DNA of 64,000 nt from Candidatus Kapaibacterium sp. (GTDB taxonomy: Bacteria; Bacteroidota; Ignavibacteria; Kapaibacteriales; UBA2268), in NCBI GenBank assembly GCA_963664875.1, contig OY761611.1, positions 1,088,001-1,152,000 on the forward strand. The letters run 5' to 3'. Shown in pieces: positions 1 through 9,293 of the stretch. Made by a program: the position numbers and the translations under genes. Under the pieces are notes generated by a model, which did no database searches, was not told where the DNA came from, and saw only the letters and a list, made by a program, of their open reading frames with translations. Each line of letters begins with the position of its first letter. The stretch's first letter is position 1.

Positions 1-362
1 GGGTCTGTGCCGTCTATGCTGATTTCGAATAGTTTTTTTAGATAGGGGTGCTTGACCTGATCTAATCGGTCTTCAAGCGATAAAATACCTTCTCTTCTGG
101 CAATACCTGCAAAAAGTACAATTTGATTTATGATAGCTTCCAAATCATACCTTGGCGGCACAAAAGCTATTCTAAATAAAGTGGGCAATCTAAACATCTG
201 CTCGAATGAAGTGGAAGCAGTTCCTGCTGCCAAAGTGCCCCCAAAAACAATAAGCATAGCAGGCAACATAAAAAGCGAATCAAATGTTCCGCCTTCCCAC
301 AAGTAGCCTCCAAATATCGCAAGGAATCCTGCGACGATACCTATTATAGTGCTAATTTTCAT
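1..362 (-). CDS. motA: Flagellar motor stator protein MotA (runs off the left edge; 3' part missing)
   Basis: Translated by hand from ATG at 362: MKISTIIGIVAGFLAIFGGYLWEGG...PAMLIVFGGT...ARREGILSLE...SIDGTDP, matching MotA motifs; follows flgL. Confidence 0.9.
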   Translation of the reverse strand, partial: MKISTIIGIVAGFLAIFGGYLWEGGTFDSLFMLPAMLIVFGGTLAAGTASTSFEQMFRLPTLFRIAFVPPRYDLEAIINQIVLFAGIARREGILSLEDRLDQVKHPYLKKLFEISIDGTD

Positions 363-380
363 AAGGGCAATTTATTGGTA

Positions 381-1376
381 TTATCTGAGAAAATCAAATA
401 AAGTATTTTGAGAAATTTTTGCTCCTATTTGTAAGGCGTATTGTAGAGCAATTTCGTTTTTTTTCAGATTGATTGTTGCTTCTGCTATGTCTGTGTCATT
501 TGATTCAGACTTAAAGGCGTTCAATCTTGTATTTTCTTCTTTCAAAAGGAGCACTCCCTGCTCTATTCTATTGATTTTAGAACCATTCCTACCACCTAAA
601 TCAATAATTTTCTCATTATACTCAGCAACCTCTCTTTGATACTGATTCAGCATTCCTATATCGCTTTTATTGAAAGTATCGTCTTTTTCTCGAAGCTGCC
701 CTTGGTCATTATATGCAAATAGGTTATACAGATTGATAATAGAGTCAAACATTTCTGTACCGCTTGATCCAAATAATTTATCAGGAGTTGTATTGACTTG
801 TTCCTGAGTTTGTACATCTTTGTTTATCATTCTCTCTTTGAAATTGCCTTTGAAGACAACAGACAAACCGGATGGGTTGTCCTCTGTGGGTTCGCCTTCC
901 ACTATTTCAAAAGGCATATTATTTTCTGCAGGAGGAGTTCTGTCTAAAGATTCAGGAGTTGTTTTATTACCTGAAAAAAGATAATTGCCGTTAAATTCAG
1001 CATTTGCCTCTTTTACTATGTCATCTAACAATCCGCGAATATAAATCCCAAGTGTTTGCAAGTTACCAAGGTTTCCCGTCTTAGAACCATCTACAGCTAA
1101 ATCTCGAATACTATTTAAATGATCAGATATGGCGGTAATAGATTCATCTACGGCGTATAGCTCTCCTATAGCTTTCTCGTTTACGCGGATATACTGATCA
1201 TTTTCAGACATCCTGTTTGTCAGTTTTTTTATGTCAATCATAGCTTCCGGGTCATCAGCCATAGTAATTAGCCTCTGGCCTGTAGAAACCTGAATTTCTG
1301 CACGGTACTTTTCTTCCTGCACTCTGCTGACATTATTGCCGAAACCGATATATGAAGAATTTGAAGTAACTCTCAT
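381..1376 (-). CDS. flgL: Flagellar hook-associated protein 3
   Basis: Flagellin-like N terminus (STGQRL...DDP), NGNYLFSG motif, C terminus ending TLFDFLR; adjacent to flgK. Confidence 0.92.
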   Translation of the reverse strand: MRVTSNSSYIGFGNNVSRVQEEKYRAEIQVSTGQRLITMADDPEAMIDIKKLTNRMSENDQYIRVNEKAIGELYAVDESITAISDHLNSIRDLAVDGSKTGNLGNLQTLGIYIRGLLDDIVKEANAEFNGNYLFSGNKTTPESLDRTPPAENNMPFEIVEGEPTEDNPSGLSVVFKGNFKERMINKDVQTQEQVNTTPDKLFGSSGTEMFDSIINLYNLFAYNDQGQLREKDDTFNKSDIGMLNQYQREVAEYNEKIIDLGGRNGSKINRIEQGVLLLKEENTRLNAFKSESNDTDIAEATINLKKNEIALQYALQIGAKISQNTLFDFLR

Positions 1377-1397
1377 TGTGCCTTTCCCCCTCTTTTA

Positions 1398-2840
1398 CTA
1401 TCTGCCAAGATTAACTATAGTAGTCAAAATCTCATCAGTAACATTTACGATTCTTGATGATGCTTCAAATGCTTTTTGGAATTTCACTAATGAAATTGCT
1501 TCTTCATCTAAATTCACACCAACAATAGACTCTCTCTGAGTATCAAGTTGCTGACCTATTAGCTGAGTAGTTTTCCTACCGCTAATTGCTTCTTTGCCCA
1601 TATTCCCGATTTTATTCAATATCGTAGCATAATACTCTGTAGGAGTACTGTCTTCAATGAAATTTTCATAAGAGCTGAGCCGTGCAATCTTCAGCGCTAT
1701 GCTGTTATTGCCATCTTCGCCTGCTACATCAGAAAGTGGAATATCATCCGGTTTATTCCAAACATCATCGGAGACTCTGATATTTATTGCCTTGGCAGCT
1801 CCTACCACAGGCTCAAAGAAATTTCTTCCCGGAGGAGTAGTGCCGGTATCGTTCAGACCATAGCCTGTATTCATCAGTGCATTTACCTGCTGAACTATTC
1901 CGTTTGCAAACTCATCTAACTTTTTAGCAACAGAGTAGCCTGAACTTGTATCATTATCGTCTAAAGTTTCGTTATACAGCGTTACTTTGGTAGCTAATTC
2001 GCCATTTTGGAGAGTCAAAGTTTCAACATTTTTACCGTTCAAATCTTCTTTTGTAATGTTGATAGTCCTCTCGCCTGTGGCTGAATTTAATGACTCATTT
2101 GCTTTTACTTCGCTATACATCGTATCGGTAATAATATTAATACCATTGATAAATACATTAACGGAGCCATTGTCATTAGTGCCAAGTGTAATATTAGCAA
2201 ATTTAGATAACTCTTCTAATTTGACCTCACGCTCATCTACATAAGTCTGTGCTTCTATGCTCGTCTCAGCTTTAGTCAAACCAATCGAACGATTGAGCTC
2301 CGCAATATCTTTGAGAAGGTGATTGATATTGGAAACATCTGATTCTATGTTTGCACGAATGTCATCTCTCATATCTACAACCTGCTTAGCAGTCAAATTG
2401 AACCTATCTGTCAGCTGCTTTGCAGTATCAAGCAGGTGATCTCTCAGAGCGGTATCGTGTGGGTTAGTAGATATTTCGTCAAAAGTATTGAAAAAGGAGG
2501 TAGTAAGCTCGCTAAGTCCATTATCTGATGGCTCAGCGAGAATAGATTCTAATCTTGTAAGCAATGATTCCTGCAGAGCATAGCCCGCATTATTTGAGAT
2601 GTTGTTTCGGATTTCTTTATCCTGCATTTCGCTACGAAACGAACGGAGCTTGTCAGTCAAAACACCGGTACCTAAAAACTGACCGGAAATATTGACCGGA
2701 GTAGTTTCGGACATGACTGCCTGTCTTCGGGAATAACCAACAGTATTTATGTTGGCAATGTTATTGGAAGTAACATCCAATCCGAATTTTTGGGCAAGCA
2801 GAGCCCTTTTGCCTATCTCAAGTGAAGAAAAGCTACTCAT
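1398..2840 (-). CDS. flgK: Flagellar hook-associated protein 1
   Basis: NNIANINTVGYSRR near the N terminus and GVNLDEE...FQKAFEASSR at the C terminus. Confidence 0.95.
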   Translation of the reverse strand: MSSFSSLEIGKRALLAQKFGLDVTSNNIANINTVGYSRRQAVMSETTPVNISGQFLGTGVLTDKLRSFRSEMQDKEIRNNISNNAGYALQESLLTRLESILAEPSDNGLSELTTSFFNTFDEISTNPHDTALRDHLLDTAKQLTDRFNLTAKQVVDMRDDIRANIESDVSNINHLLKDIAELNRSIGLTKAETSIEAQTYVDEREVKLEELSKFANITLGTNDNGSVNVFINGINIITDTMYSEVKANESLNSATGERTINITKEDLNGKNVETLTLQNGELATKVTLYNETLDDNDTSSGYSVAKKLDEFANGIVQQVNALMNTGYGLNDTGTTPPGRNFFEPVVGAAKAINIRVSDDVWNKPDDIPLSDVAGEDGNNSIALKIARLSSYENFIEDSTPTEYYATILNKIGNMGKEAISGRKTTQLIGQQLDTQRESIVGVNLDEEAISLVKFQKAFEASSRIVNVTDEILTTIVNLGR

Positions 2841-2882
2841 AGAAATCCTTTCGTATTAGTGCCGTCCGTGGCAGAAATATAC

Positions 2883-3236
2883 TTAGTTGATACCTGTGAA
2901 CTGATGCTGTTTAATGACTTCAGAAATTTCATCGGCCATCGAAAGCAAGTTGTTAGTATCAGAGTATTTCAATTTGTTAATAAGAGCCAAATAGTCTTTG
3001 CACTCATCTAAAAAGCCTGTTGCTTTTATAAGAGAACGAATCCTTTCGATTCTCTTGCTTTGTTTCATTCCTTCTTCTAAACTTCTTGGAACTGAGTTAG
3101 CACATTCGTTTAGTCTAACTTTAACTCCGTAAATTTCCGAAGACGGTATGCTTTCTGTAAGCTCGTTTACTGACTGCACGAACAGTTCTGTAATCTGCCA
3201 TACATTAGTGCTTGTTATGCTTTTAGGTGAACTCAT
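2883..3236 (-). CDS. Divergent four-helix-bundle protein (23S rRNA intervening-sequence protein-like)
   Basis: 117 aa; VWQ...P..EIYG...L...ANSV...LEEG...L.E...YL.....LKY follows the family pattern VWQ..FP.EE.YGL..Q..R.A.S...NIAEG. Confidence 0.65.
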   Translation of the reverse strand: MSSPKSITSTNVWQITELFVQSVNELTESIPSSEIYGVKVRLNECANSVPRSLEEGMKQSKRIERIRSLIKATGFLDECKDYLALINKLKYSDTNNLLSMADEISEVIKQHQFTGIN

Positions 3237-3266
3237 TTGTACCTCCTTGTACCTTGCTTTAGTCCG

Positions 3267-3704
3267 TTATACCGTTACATTGCAAACGTGTTTTTTTTCT
3301 TCCCTGAATACTTCTAAAAATTCAGCGAAAGTGCGACGAGCGCGATTGGATAAAATCCTGTTATCCATATTTATCTTTTTCAATTTTTCAGTCAAAATCA
3401 TCATATAGTCTTTCAATGCAGAAATTTCTACAAGCTCCTCGCCGTGAAAGTGTTTCTCCAAATCAGACATTTTGATTTGCATTGCAGATGTTCTCGAAAC
3501 TTTCAACCAATTCATCATCATTTTGATTCTTTGGTTCTCTGCATTTCTTAACGATTTAAGAGCTTCTTCCTGCATTTCTGCAGTTTTTAGTACGGTTTCA
3601 ATATCAATCTGTACTAATGCTTTCTGCTGTTGCTCTGCATAGCTTATTAGCTGCTCGAGTAATTGCTGTTCAAATTTCAAATATGTAAAAAGTTGGGTCA
3701 GCAT
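3267..3704 (-). CDS. flgN: Flagellar export chaperone FlgN
   Basis: 145 aa helical protein with EQQQKALV and N..N..L pattern; located between flgJ and flgK. Confidence 0.75.
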   Translation of the reverse strand: MLTQLFTYLKFEQQLLEQLISYAEQQQKALVQIDIETVLKTAEMQEEALKSLRNAENQRIKMMMNWLKVSRTSAMQIKMSDLEKHFHGEELVEISALKDYMMILTEKLKKINMDNRILSNRARRTFAEFLEVFREEKKHVCNVTV

Positions 3705-3714
3705 ATTTACTCCT

Positions 3715-4596
3715 TTAATCTAAGTTCTCGTCATATTTGCCAAGATAATTAAGTACTTTTTTTACATAATTCTGAGTTTCGTTGAAAGGAGGCACTCCCC
3801 CATATTTTTCGACATTGCCCGGGCCTGCATTATAAGCTGCCAAAGCAGTAGTCGTGTCGTTTCCGAATCTATCAAGTAAATATCTAAGATACTTAGTGCC
3901 ACCCATAATATTCTGCACAGGGTCAAACGAATCGCGTACGCCCATGTCGCTTGCAGTTCCATCCATAAGTTGCATCAAACCTTTTGCTCCCACCGGAGAA
4001 ACAGCGTTATATTTGCCGGCAGACTCAGTTCTGATTACGCTTTTGATCAGATTTTCTGAGATACCGTATTTGTCAGCAGCTTGTTTTATAATCGGCATAA
4101 ATTGCTCGATTCTATCGTTTAATTTATTAGCATTAACAGCTTTAAATGCATTATTTACCTGTTCGGTATTTTTGCTTTCTTCAAATACTGGTAATGAGCT
4201 TTGTCTGATTAAATCAGAATATCCTTCTACAGAGTTTGTGATATTGCTTATCTCATGCCCACCGGTCATTTGCTTGAAAACCATTTCTGCTATTCCAATC
4301 CCCTTGCCGGTTTTCGCAATATCATCAGACAAAAGCATATCTGCATATCCGCCTAATGTATCAGCTCCGAAAGTTTCTTCCTCTTTGTTTTCTTCCAACA
4401 TCGAACTTTTCATCTGTTTGATAAGCATATTGACAAACATTGACTCAAAGCCGCGAGCAGCTTTTTCGTATTGTGTCCTTTCTTCCTTAGACAAATCCCT
4501 TTTAGCAGAAAGTGCCTGCACTCCGCTAAGTTGGTCTAACTTCGATTTGAATAAAGATTCGTTGTTAGAAATATTATTTAATTCAGAAACATTCAT
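3715..4596 (-). CDS. flgJ: FlgJ-like protein: rod-binding domain fused to an SLT lytic transglycosylase domain
   Basis: AARGFESMFVNMLIKQMKSS...GIGIAEMVFKQM (rod-binding) plus ES, GAKGLMQLM, AAYNAGPG, PPFNETQNYV (SLT motifs); follows flgI. Confidence 0.85.
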   Translation of the reverse strand: MNVSELNNISNNESLFKSKLDQLSGVQALSAKRDLSKEERTQYEKAARGFESMFVNMLIKQMKSSMLEENKEEETFGADTLGGYADMLLSDDIAKTGKGIGIAEMVFKQMTGGHEISNITNSVEGYSDLIRQSSLPVFEESKNTEQVNNAFKAVNANKLNDRIEQFMPIIKQAADKYGISENLIKSVIRTESAGKYNAVSPVGAKGLMQLMDGTASDMGVRDSFDPVQNIMGGTKYLRYLLDRFGNDTTTALAAYNAGPGNVEKYGGVPPFNETQNYVKKVLNYLGKYDENLD

Positions 4597-4600
4597 ATCA

Positions 4601-5734
4601 CTACTGAATAATTAGTTCGCCTTGTAATGAACCGGCTTCTTTAAGTGCCTGGAATATGGCTATTAAATCTCTTGGTCTTACTTCAAGTAGATTGAGAGCA
4701 TTCGACATATCCTGAACATTAGCACCTACACCGTTGATAGCTATTGCTTTTTTGACTTCCTCATTTGCAGAAATTTCTGCAGTTTCGGCTGGCTGTGGTG
4801 GTCTTATCGTGAATGGAGCCGGTTGTGGCACCAGTACTTGCTTTTCTATCGTGATTTCTAAACCACCATGAGCAATAGTCGCAGGTAAAAGCTCTACATT
4901 ACCTCCGACAACTACTGTGCCAGTCCTTTCGTTGATAACGACCTTTGCGATTGGATCTGATTGAATATTATCTATAGTTTCTATTGCAGCTATAGTTTGC
5001 ATTGATTCCGTAACATCTTGTCCTGCAGGGAGTTGCACCTGCACAGTGCCGGGGTCTAATACCTTCGCAGCATCGGCATCGAGCCCATCCAAACCTGCAC
5101 TATTTATGGCATTTGCAATGATTGTAGCAGTCGTAAAATCAGGTTCTTTGAGGCTAATATTGACCTGCTGGTTAGAAATAACCTCACTATTCATTTGCAT
5201 TTCCAGTATAAGACCATTGGGAACTCTGCCTGTAGTAGTTGAGTTTTTACTAACCATAGAACCAAGAGCTCTATAGTCAAACCCACCTATGGAAACCGGA
5301 CCTTGAGCCATTCCGACTATGTTCCCGTCACTCATCGATATAGGAGTCATTAGCAATACGCCGCCCTGCAAAGAAGTAGCATCTCCTATTGAGGAAACTA
5401 CTACGTCTATTTTGGAGCCTCGGTTAGAAAATGCAGGTATATTGGCAGTTACCATTACTGCTGCAACGTTTCTGACTCTGGGATTGCTTGTAGGTATTGT
5501 AAGACCGAATCTTTTTAGCATATTTGATACTGATTGCACTGTGTAGGAAGTCTGTTGATTATCACCTGTCTGATTGAGACCGGTAACCAATCCGTAGCCT
5601 ATCACCTGCACCGTCGAATTCCCTTCTATAGAAGCAATATCTTTGATTCTTGCACCACTAAGCTCTACGGGTGCAAACAGGAGCACCCATAGAGTTGTGA
5701 GTATGAGGGTAATATGTATGAGTATTTTAATCAA
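4601..5734 (-). CDS. flgI: Flagellar P-ring protein
   Basis: RIKDIA...GYGLVTGL..TGD, NVAAVMVTA, SL.GGVLL.TP, INERTGTVV motifs. Confidence 0.96.
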   Translation of the reverse strand: MIKILIHITLILTTLWVLLFAPVELSGARIKDIASIEGNSTVQVIGYGLVTGLNQTGDNQQTSYTVQSVSNMLKRFGLTIPTSNPRVRNVAAVMVTANIPAFSNRGSKIDVVVSSIGDATSLQGGVLLMTPISMSDGNIVGMAQGPVSIGGFDYRALGSMVSKNSTTTGRVPNGLILEMQMNSEVISNQQVNISLKEPDFTTATIIANAINSAGLDGLDADAAKVLDPGTVQVQLPAGQDVTESMQTIAAIETIDNIQSDPIAKVVINERTGTVVVGGNVELLPATIAHGGLEITIEKQVLVPQPAPFTIRPPQPAETAEISANEEVKKAIAINGVGANVQDMSNALNLLEVRPRDLIAIFQALKEAGSLQGELIIQ

Positions 5735-6315
5735 AACAGCATTCTCAAAAACTTAGTTATCAAACCCGGTTCCTGAATCTCTGAAATTTCCCCCTGCCCC
5801 TCTATTCGGAGTGTGAGGTCTAAAATATTATATGACATTACAGAATTATCAGGTGCAATATCCACCTTCCTGACAATCCCCTCGATAAATATCTTTTGCT
5901 CTTCGTTGTTTATCTTTGTGGTACGTGTACCTTGAATCTTCAGATCTCCGTTTTCAAGTACTTCAATTACTCTTGCACTTAGCTTTGATCTGATTTTTTC
6001 ACTTCTTCCGGTGTTGCCTGAGGCTGAATGTTTATTTCCTGTACCGATACCGGCACCGACACTACCACCTGAGCTGCCTACATTACCTGAAACGCCAAGG
6101 CTCAAATCTGTAGATCTTCCTGTCGTGGTCTCAGCAGAATGATCCGCTTCTGTGTCTTCCATGATATAAACCATCACGGCGTCGCCGGTCTGAAATGCTT
6201 TCACATCAGAAAACAAAGATCGCTGACTGCTTTGTATAAATTGGGCATTCGCGGAAAAATTTCCGCAAATGCCTATTAAAAGTGCAGCGATAAATATGTT
6301 TCGGATAAAAATCAT
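5731..6315 (-). CDS. flgH: Flagellar L-ring protein
   Basis: SLFSD.KA...GD, VLENGDLKIQG, GIVRKVDI..DN, ends PGLITKFLRMLF. Confidence 0.92.
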   Translation of the reverse strand: MIFIRNIFIAALLIGICGNFSANAQFIQSSQRSLFSDVKAFQTGDAVMVYIMEDTEADHSAETTTGRSTDLSLGVSGNVGSSGGSVGAGIGTGNKHSASGNTGRSEKIRSKLSARVIEVLENGDLKIQGTRTTKINNEEQKIFIEGIVRKVDIAPDNSVMSYNILDLTLRIEGQGEISEIQEPGLITKFLRMLF

Positions 6316-7037
6316 TTCGTCCCTGAAATTTCTGATACATCCTTGTAATAATCCGGTGGAGCAATTACTACACTGCCATCCTTGGCAACTATTCCTTGTA
6401 GTACCTTGCTCTCACCTGTTCTTTTTATCCGAATGTTATCTCCTGCGCAAGCATCCTGCAGAGAAACTGCGTTTGCTCTGATTTTGACTGCACCGGAAAT
6501 AACAAGCAGCTCCACCATATCGCCGCGTTTGACTAAGAGTGGTCCTTTGGTGTCGCTGTAAGCGATTGGTTCTCCACGTCTAATATTTTTAGCCATAGTT
6601 CTGCCAATCAACTCTTGTGTGTCGTAATTCTGTTTTTTTAATGTTGAGATTTCAACTCTTTCTAAAGTGATATCATCTGAAGTAATCTCATCGCCTTGTT
6701 TCAAATGCTTGGAAGCAACAGGGAGCAAAGCAAATTCTTTTACTTCAAGTTTGACCTGAATTGTTTTTTCTATAGTATCACCTGATTTGAAAACTATTGT
6801 TACCATAGCAATACCTTTCAAATCACCTGACCCTTTTATTTCTGCATGTATATTGTCTTTTTGAAAGACAAGATCCGGAGTCAAGCCAAACATTTTAATT
6901 TCGAAATCACCGCTAAGTTTTGATTCTACATAGCTTTTGGCGGCAGCTTCCAATCTCTCTCCCTTAAATGAAGAAGCTGCCTCGCCGGCATATACAAATA
7001 AGCATATTAAAAAGCTATATAGTAGTATCTGTTTCAT
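6312..7037 (-). CDS. flgA: Flagellar P-ring formation chaperone
   Basis: Signal peptide, SAF-like domain, PLLVKRGD.V...ALQD-like motif; between flgG and flgH. Confidence 0.88.
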   Translation of the reverse strand: MKQILLYSFLICLFVYAGEAASSFKGERLEAAAKSYVESKLSGDFEIKMFGLTPDLVFQKDNIHAEIKGSGDLKGIAMVTIVFKSGDTIEKTIQVKLEVKEFALLPVASKHLKQGDEITSDDITLERVEISTLKKQNYDTQELIGRTMAKNIRRGEPIAYSDTKGPLLVKRGDMVELLVISGAVKIRANAVSLQDACAGDNIRIKRTGESKVLQGIVAKDGSVVIAPPDYYKDVSEISGTK

Positions 7038-7825
7038 TAGCGTTTCAAATTTACTGCAGTGTTTAAAATATTATCTGCTGTCTGCACTGATTTCGAATTC
7101 AATTCGTATGCTCTTTGCGCAGTTATCATATTTACCATTTCTTCTACGATATCTACGTTCGATGTCTCTAAGTGTGATTGCAATATCTGACCTGTATTGT
7201 TTTCTCCCGGCACTTCAAACACAGCATCGCCCGAAGCAGGTGTTTCAAGATAAAGATTATTGCCTTCTGCTCTCAATCCGGCAGGATTAACAAATCTTGC
7301 AAGTGTAAGCTGACCGAGTGAATTGAACTGTGTAGAATTTTCTGGTAGGTAGCTGACTACGCCATCGGGCGAGACACTTACCTCTATTGCATCAGACGGA
7401 ATATTGAAACCCGGGTCTAAAGCATAGCCCTGATTATTTACAAGTACTCCGTTTTTATTTAGCTTAAACGATCCATCGCGTGTATAGGCAAGGCTGTTAT
7501 CCGGTTTTTGTACAACAAAGAACCCATTTCCATTGATTGCTAAATCCAGCTGATTGTTTGTCGATTCGATCACACCTTGACCGAAGTGCTTTGTTGTAGC
7601 TGTGAGTTCTGTACCCGAACCAATTTGCACTTCATTTAGTGGCTCCACTCCGCTTCTGGCTACATTGCCGGCTGGGCGAAGTGTTTCATAGAGCAAATCT
7701 TGAAATTCGGGTCTTACTTTTTTGAAACCGGTCGTATTTACGTTCGCAAGGTTATTAGAGATAATCTCTACATAGCGTTGCTGGGCAGATAAACCGGTTG
7801 ATGCTGTGCGTAGCGTCTTATCCAT
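7037..7825 (-). CDS. flgG: Flagellar distal rod protein
   Basis: ISNNLANVNTTGFKK, FQDLLY, YTRDGSF, LETSNVDIVEEMVNMITAQRAYELNSK. Confidence 0.97.
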   Translation of the reverse strand: MDKTLRTASTGLSAQQRYVEIISNNLANVNTTGFKKVRPEFQDLLYETLRPAGNVARSGVEPLNEVQIGSGTELTATTKHFGQGVIESTNNQLDLAINGNGFFVVQKPDNSLAYTRDGSFKLNKNGVLVNNQGYALDPGFNIPSDAIEVSVSPDGVVSYLPENSTQFNSLGQLTLARFVNPAGLRAEGNNLYLETPASGDAVFEVPGENNTGQILQSHLETSNVDIVEEMVNMITAQRAYELNSKSVQTADNILNTAVNLKR

Positions 7826-7860
7826 AAGTTACCTCCATGTAACATCAGAATATTAATCCA

Positions 7861-8640
7861 TTAATAATATCTGCCCAAGCGAATACTATTAGTAAGGGTA
7901 TCGTCATTCGTTTTGATTACTTTGCTTCCTGCTTCGTACATTCTTTGCAGTTCTATCATCTCAATCATTTCGTTGACCACATTCACGTTTGAACCTTCTA
8001 ACCAGCCCTGCCTCAAAGTAATCTGACTTTCGTCTATTTCTTCGAGCTCAGTCCAGTTAGTAGCAATAAACTCAGAATTTGATATACGCTGCAAAGATTC
8101 TTCATTTTGAACTTTGACTAAAGGGATGGAACCTACTTCTTTGCCGTTGGCATAGACCTGACCTTTTTCATTTATTTTTATTTCAAGAGAGCGAACATCC
8201 ATGTTTGCTGTACCTTCTTCCATGAACTCTTGAAATACATTTATGGGGCCTTCCTTGCCCAGTAAAGTTTTGCCATCCATGGCAGTAATAGTTCCGTCTT
8301 CAGTAAGTTTGAACCTTCCGGCTCTTGTCAGAAATTTTTTGCCTTCTGCGTCCTGCAAGGCAAAAAATCCCTTATTTTCTATAGCCACATCCAATGGGTT
8401 TTCTGTCTGAGTAAAGCTTCCTGCTGAATAATCGACATAAGAACCAATCGGAGGGTCATTTTGCTCCAAATCGCCCGGCGTGTTATAGAAATTAGCTCTG
8501 GCATCTATAAGATTTCGCTCAAAAGCCTGCGAACGCTTATAGCCTGAAGTATTTGCATTAGCTAAGTTGTTAGCTGTTACCTCAAGTTTGGTCTGCTGAT
8601 TTTGCATCCCAAGTGCTGCTGTGAATAATTCCTTTAACAT
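7861..8640 (-). CDS. flgF: Flagellar basal-body rod protein FlgF
   Basis: ANNLANANTSGYK, TENPLDVAI, LEGSNVNVV.EM; directly upstream of flgG. Confidence 0.85.
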   Translation of the reverse strand: MLKELFTAALGMQNQQTKLEVTANNLANANTSGYKRSQAFERNLIDARANFYNTPGDLEQNDPPIGSYVDYSAGSFTQTENPLDVAIENKGFFALQDAEGKKFLTRAGRFKLTEDGTITAMDGKTLLGKEGPINVFQEFMEEGTANMDVRSLEIKINEKGQVYANGKEVGSIPLVKVQNEESLQRISNSEFIATNWTELEEIDESQITLRQGWLEGSNVNVVNEMIEMIELQRMYEAGSKVIKTNDDTLTNSIRLGRYY

Positions 8641-8667
8641 TTTGTGCTTCCTGCATCAATTTCCTGA

Positions 8668-8940
8668 TTATGAAAAAGCCCGGCTACTGGTTACGAACAT
8701 TTTTCCGACAATATCAGCTATCGGCTCGAGCAACTTTTGCGGCACATTTCCTTTTGCCTCAAGTTTAGCCAACAGCTTCATAATTTGCTCATCACGCTCA
8801 ATATCCAAATTCCTTTTGCGATTAAGCGAAATGATACTCTGAGTCAGAGAGCCTTTGCGTCCTGCAATGCTTACTTCTATCTGCGCGTCCTTTGCTTCAA
8901 ATAGTAAGCTTATAGCATCTCTAAAATTCTTTTTTTCCAT
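8668..8940 (-). CDS. Small hypothetical protein at the head of the flg operon
   Basis: 90 aa ORF ending 27 bp before flgF on the same strand; no motif recognised. Confidence 0.55.
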   Translation of the reverse strand: MEKKNFRDAISLLFEAKDAQIEVSIAGRKGSLTQSIISLNRKRNLDIERDEQIMKLLAKLEAKGNVPQKLLEPIADIVGKMFVTSSRAFS

Positions 8941-9293
8941 TTCAAATAACTTAGATTATTGTCCATCCTGAATTATCTTCTCACATACATGTATAAAATT
9001 GATACCAATTTCGATATGATTGCCGCTATTGAAATCAAATCCCCGGTGTAATCTATTGATATATTTAGAATTGTAGAATCTCAAAGATTTTTTTCCCCCT
9101 TTTCGTAGGCTCAAAAAAAGCGAATTGAAACAGTAGATTTTTAGCCAATGTATAATATTAGCATACAGTGTGGTTGTTTTTGTGCAGAGGGTGGAAAAGA
9201 AAAAGGATGTGATAATAGAAGTGTTCATCATCTATCACATCCTATTATTTCATCCATATAACATAGGGAAGACAGAGTATCTTTCACAATCAA

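Noticed and set aside
2883-3236. Avd component of a DGR
   Set aside because: Only fold-family resemblance; flanked by flgN and flgK with no RT or template repeat.
3854-4615. 253-aa plus-strand ORF
   Set aside because: Antisense shadow of flgJ with no recognisable motifs.
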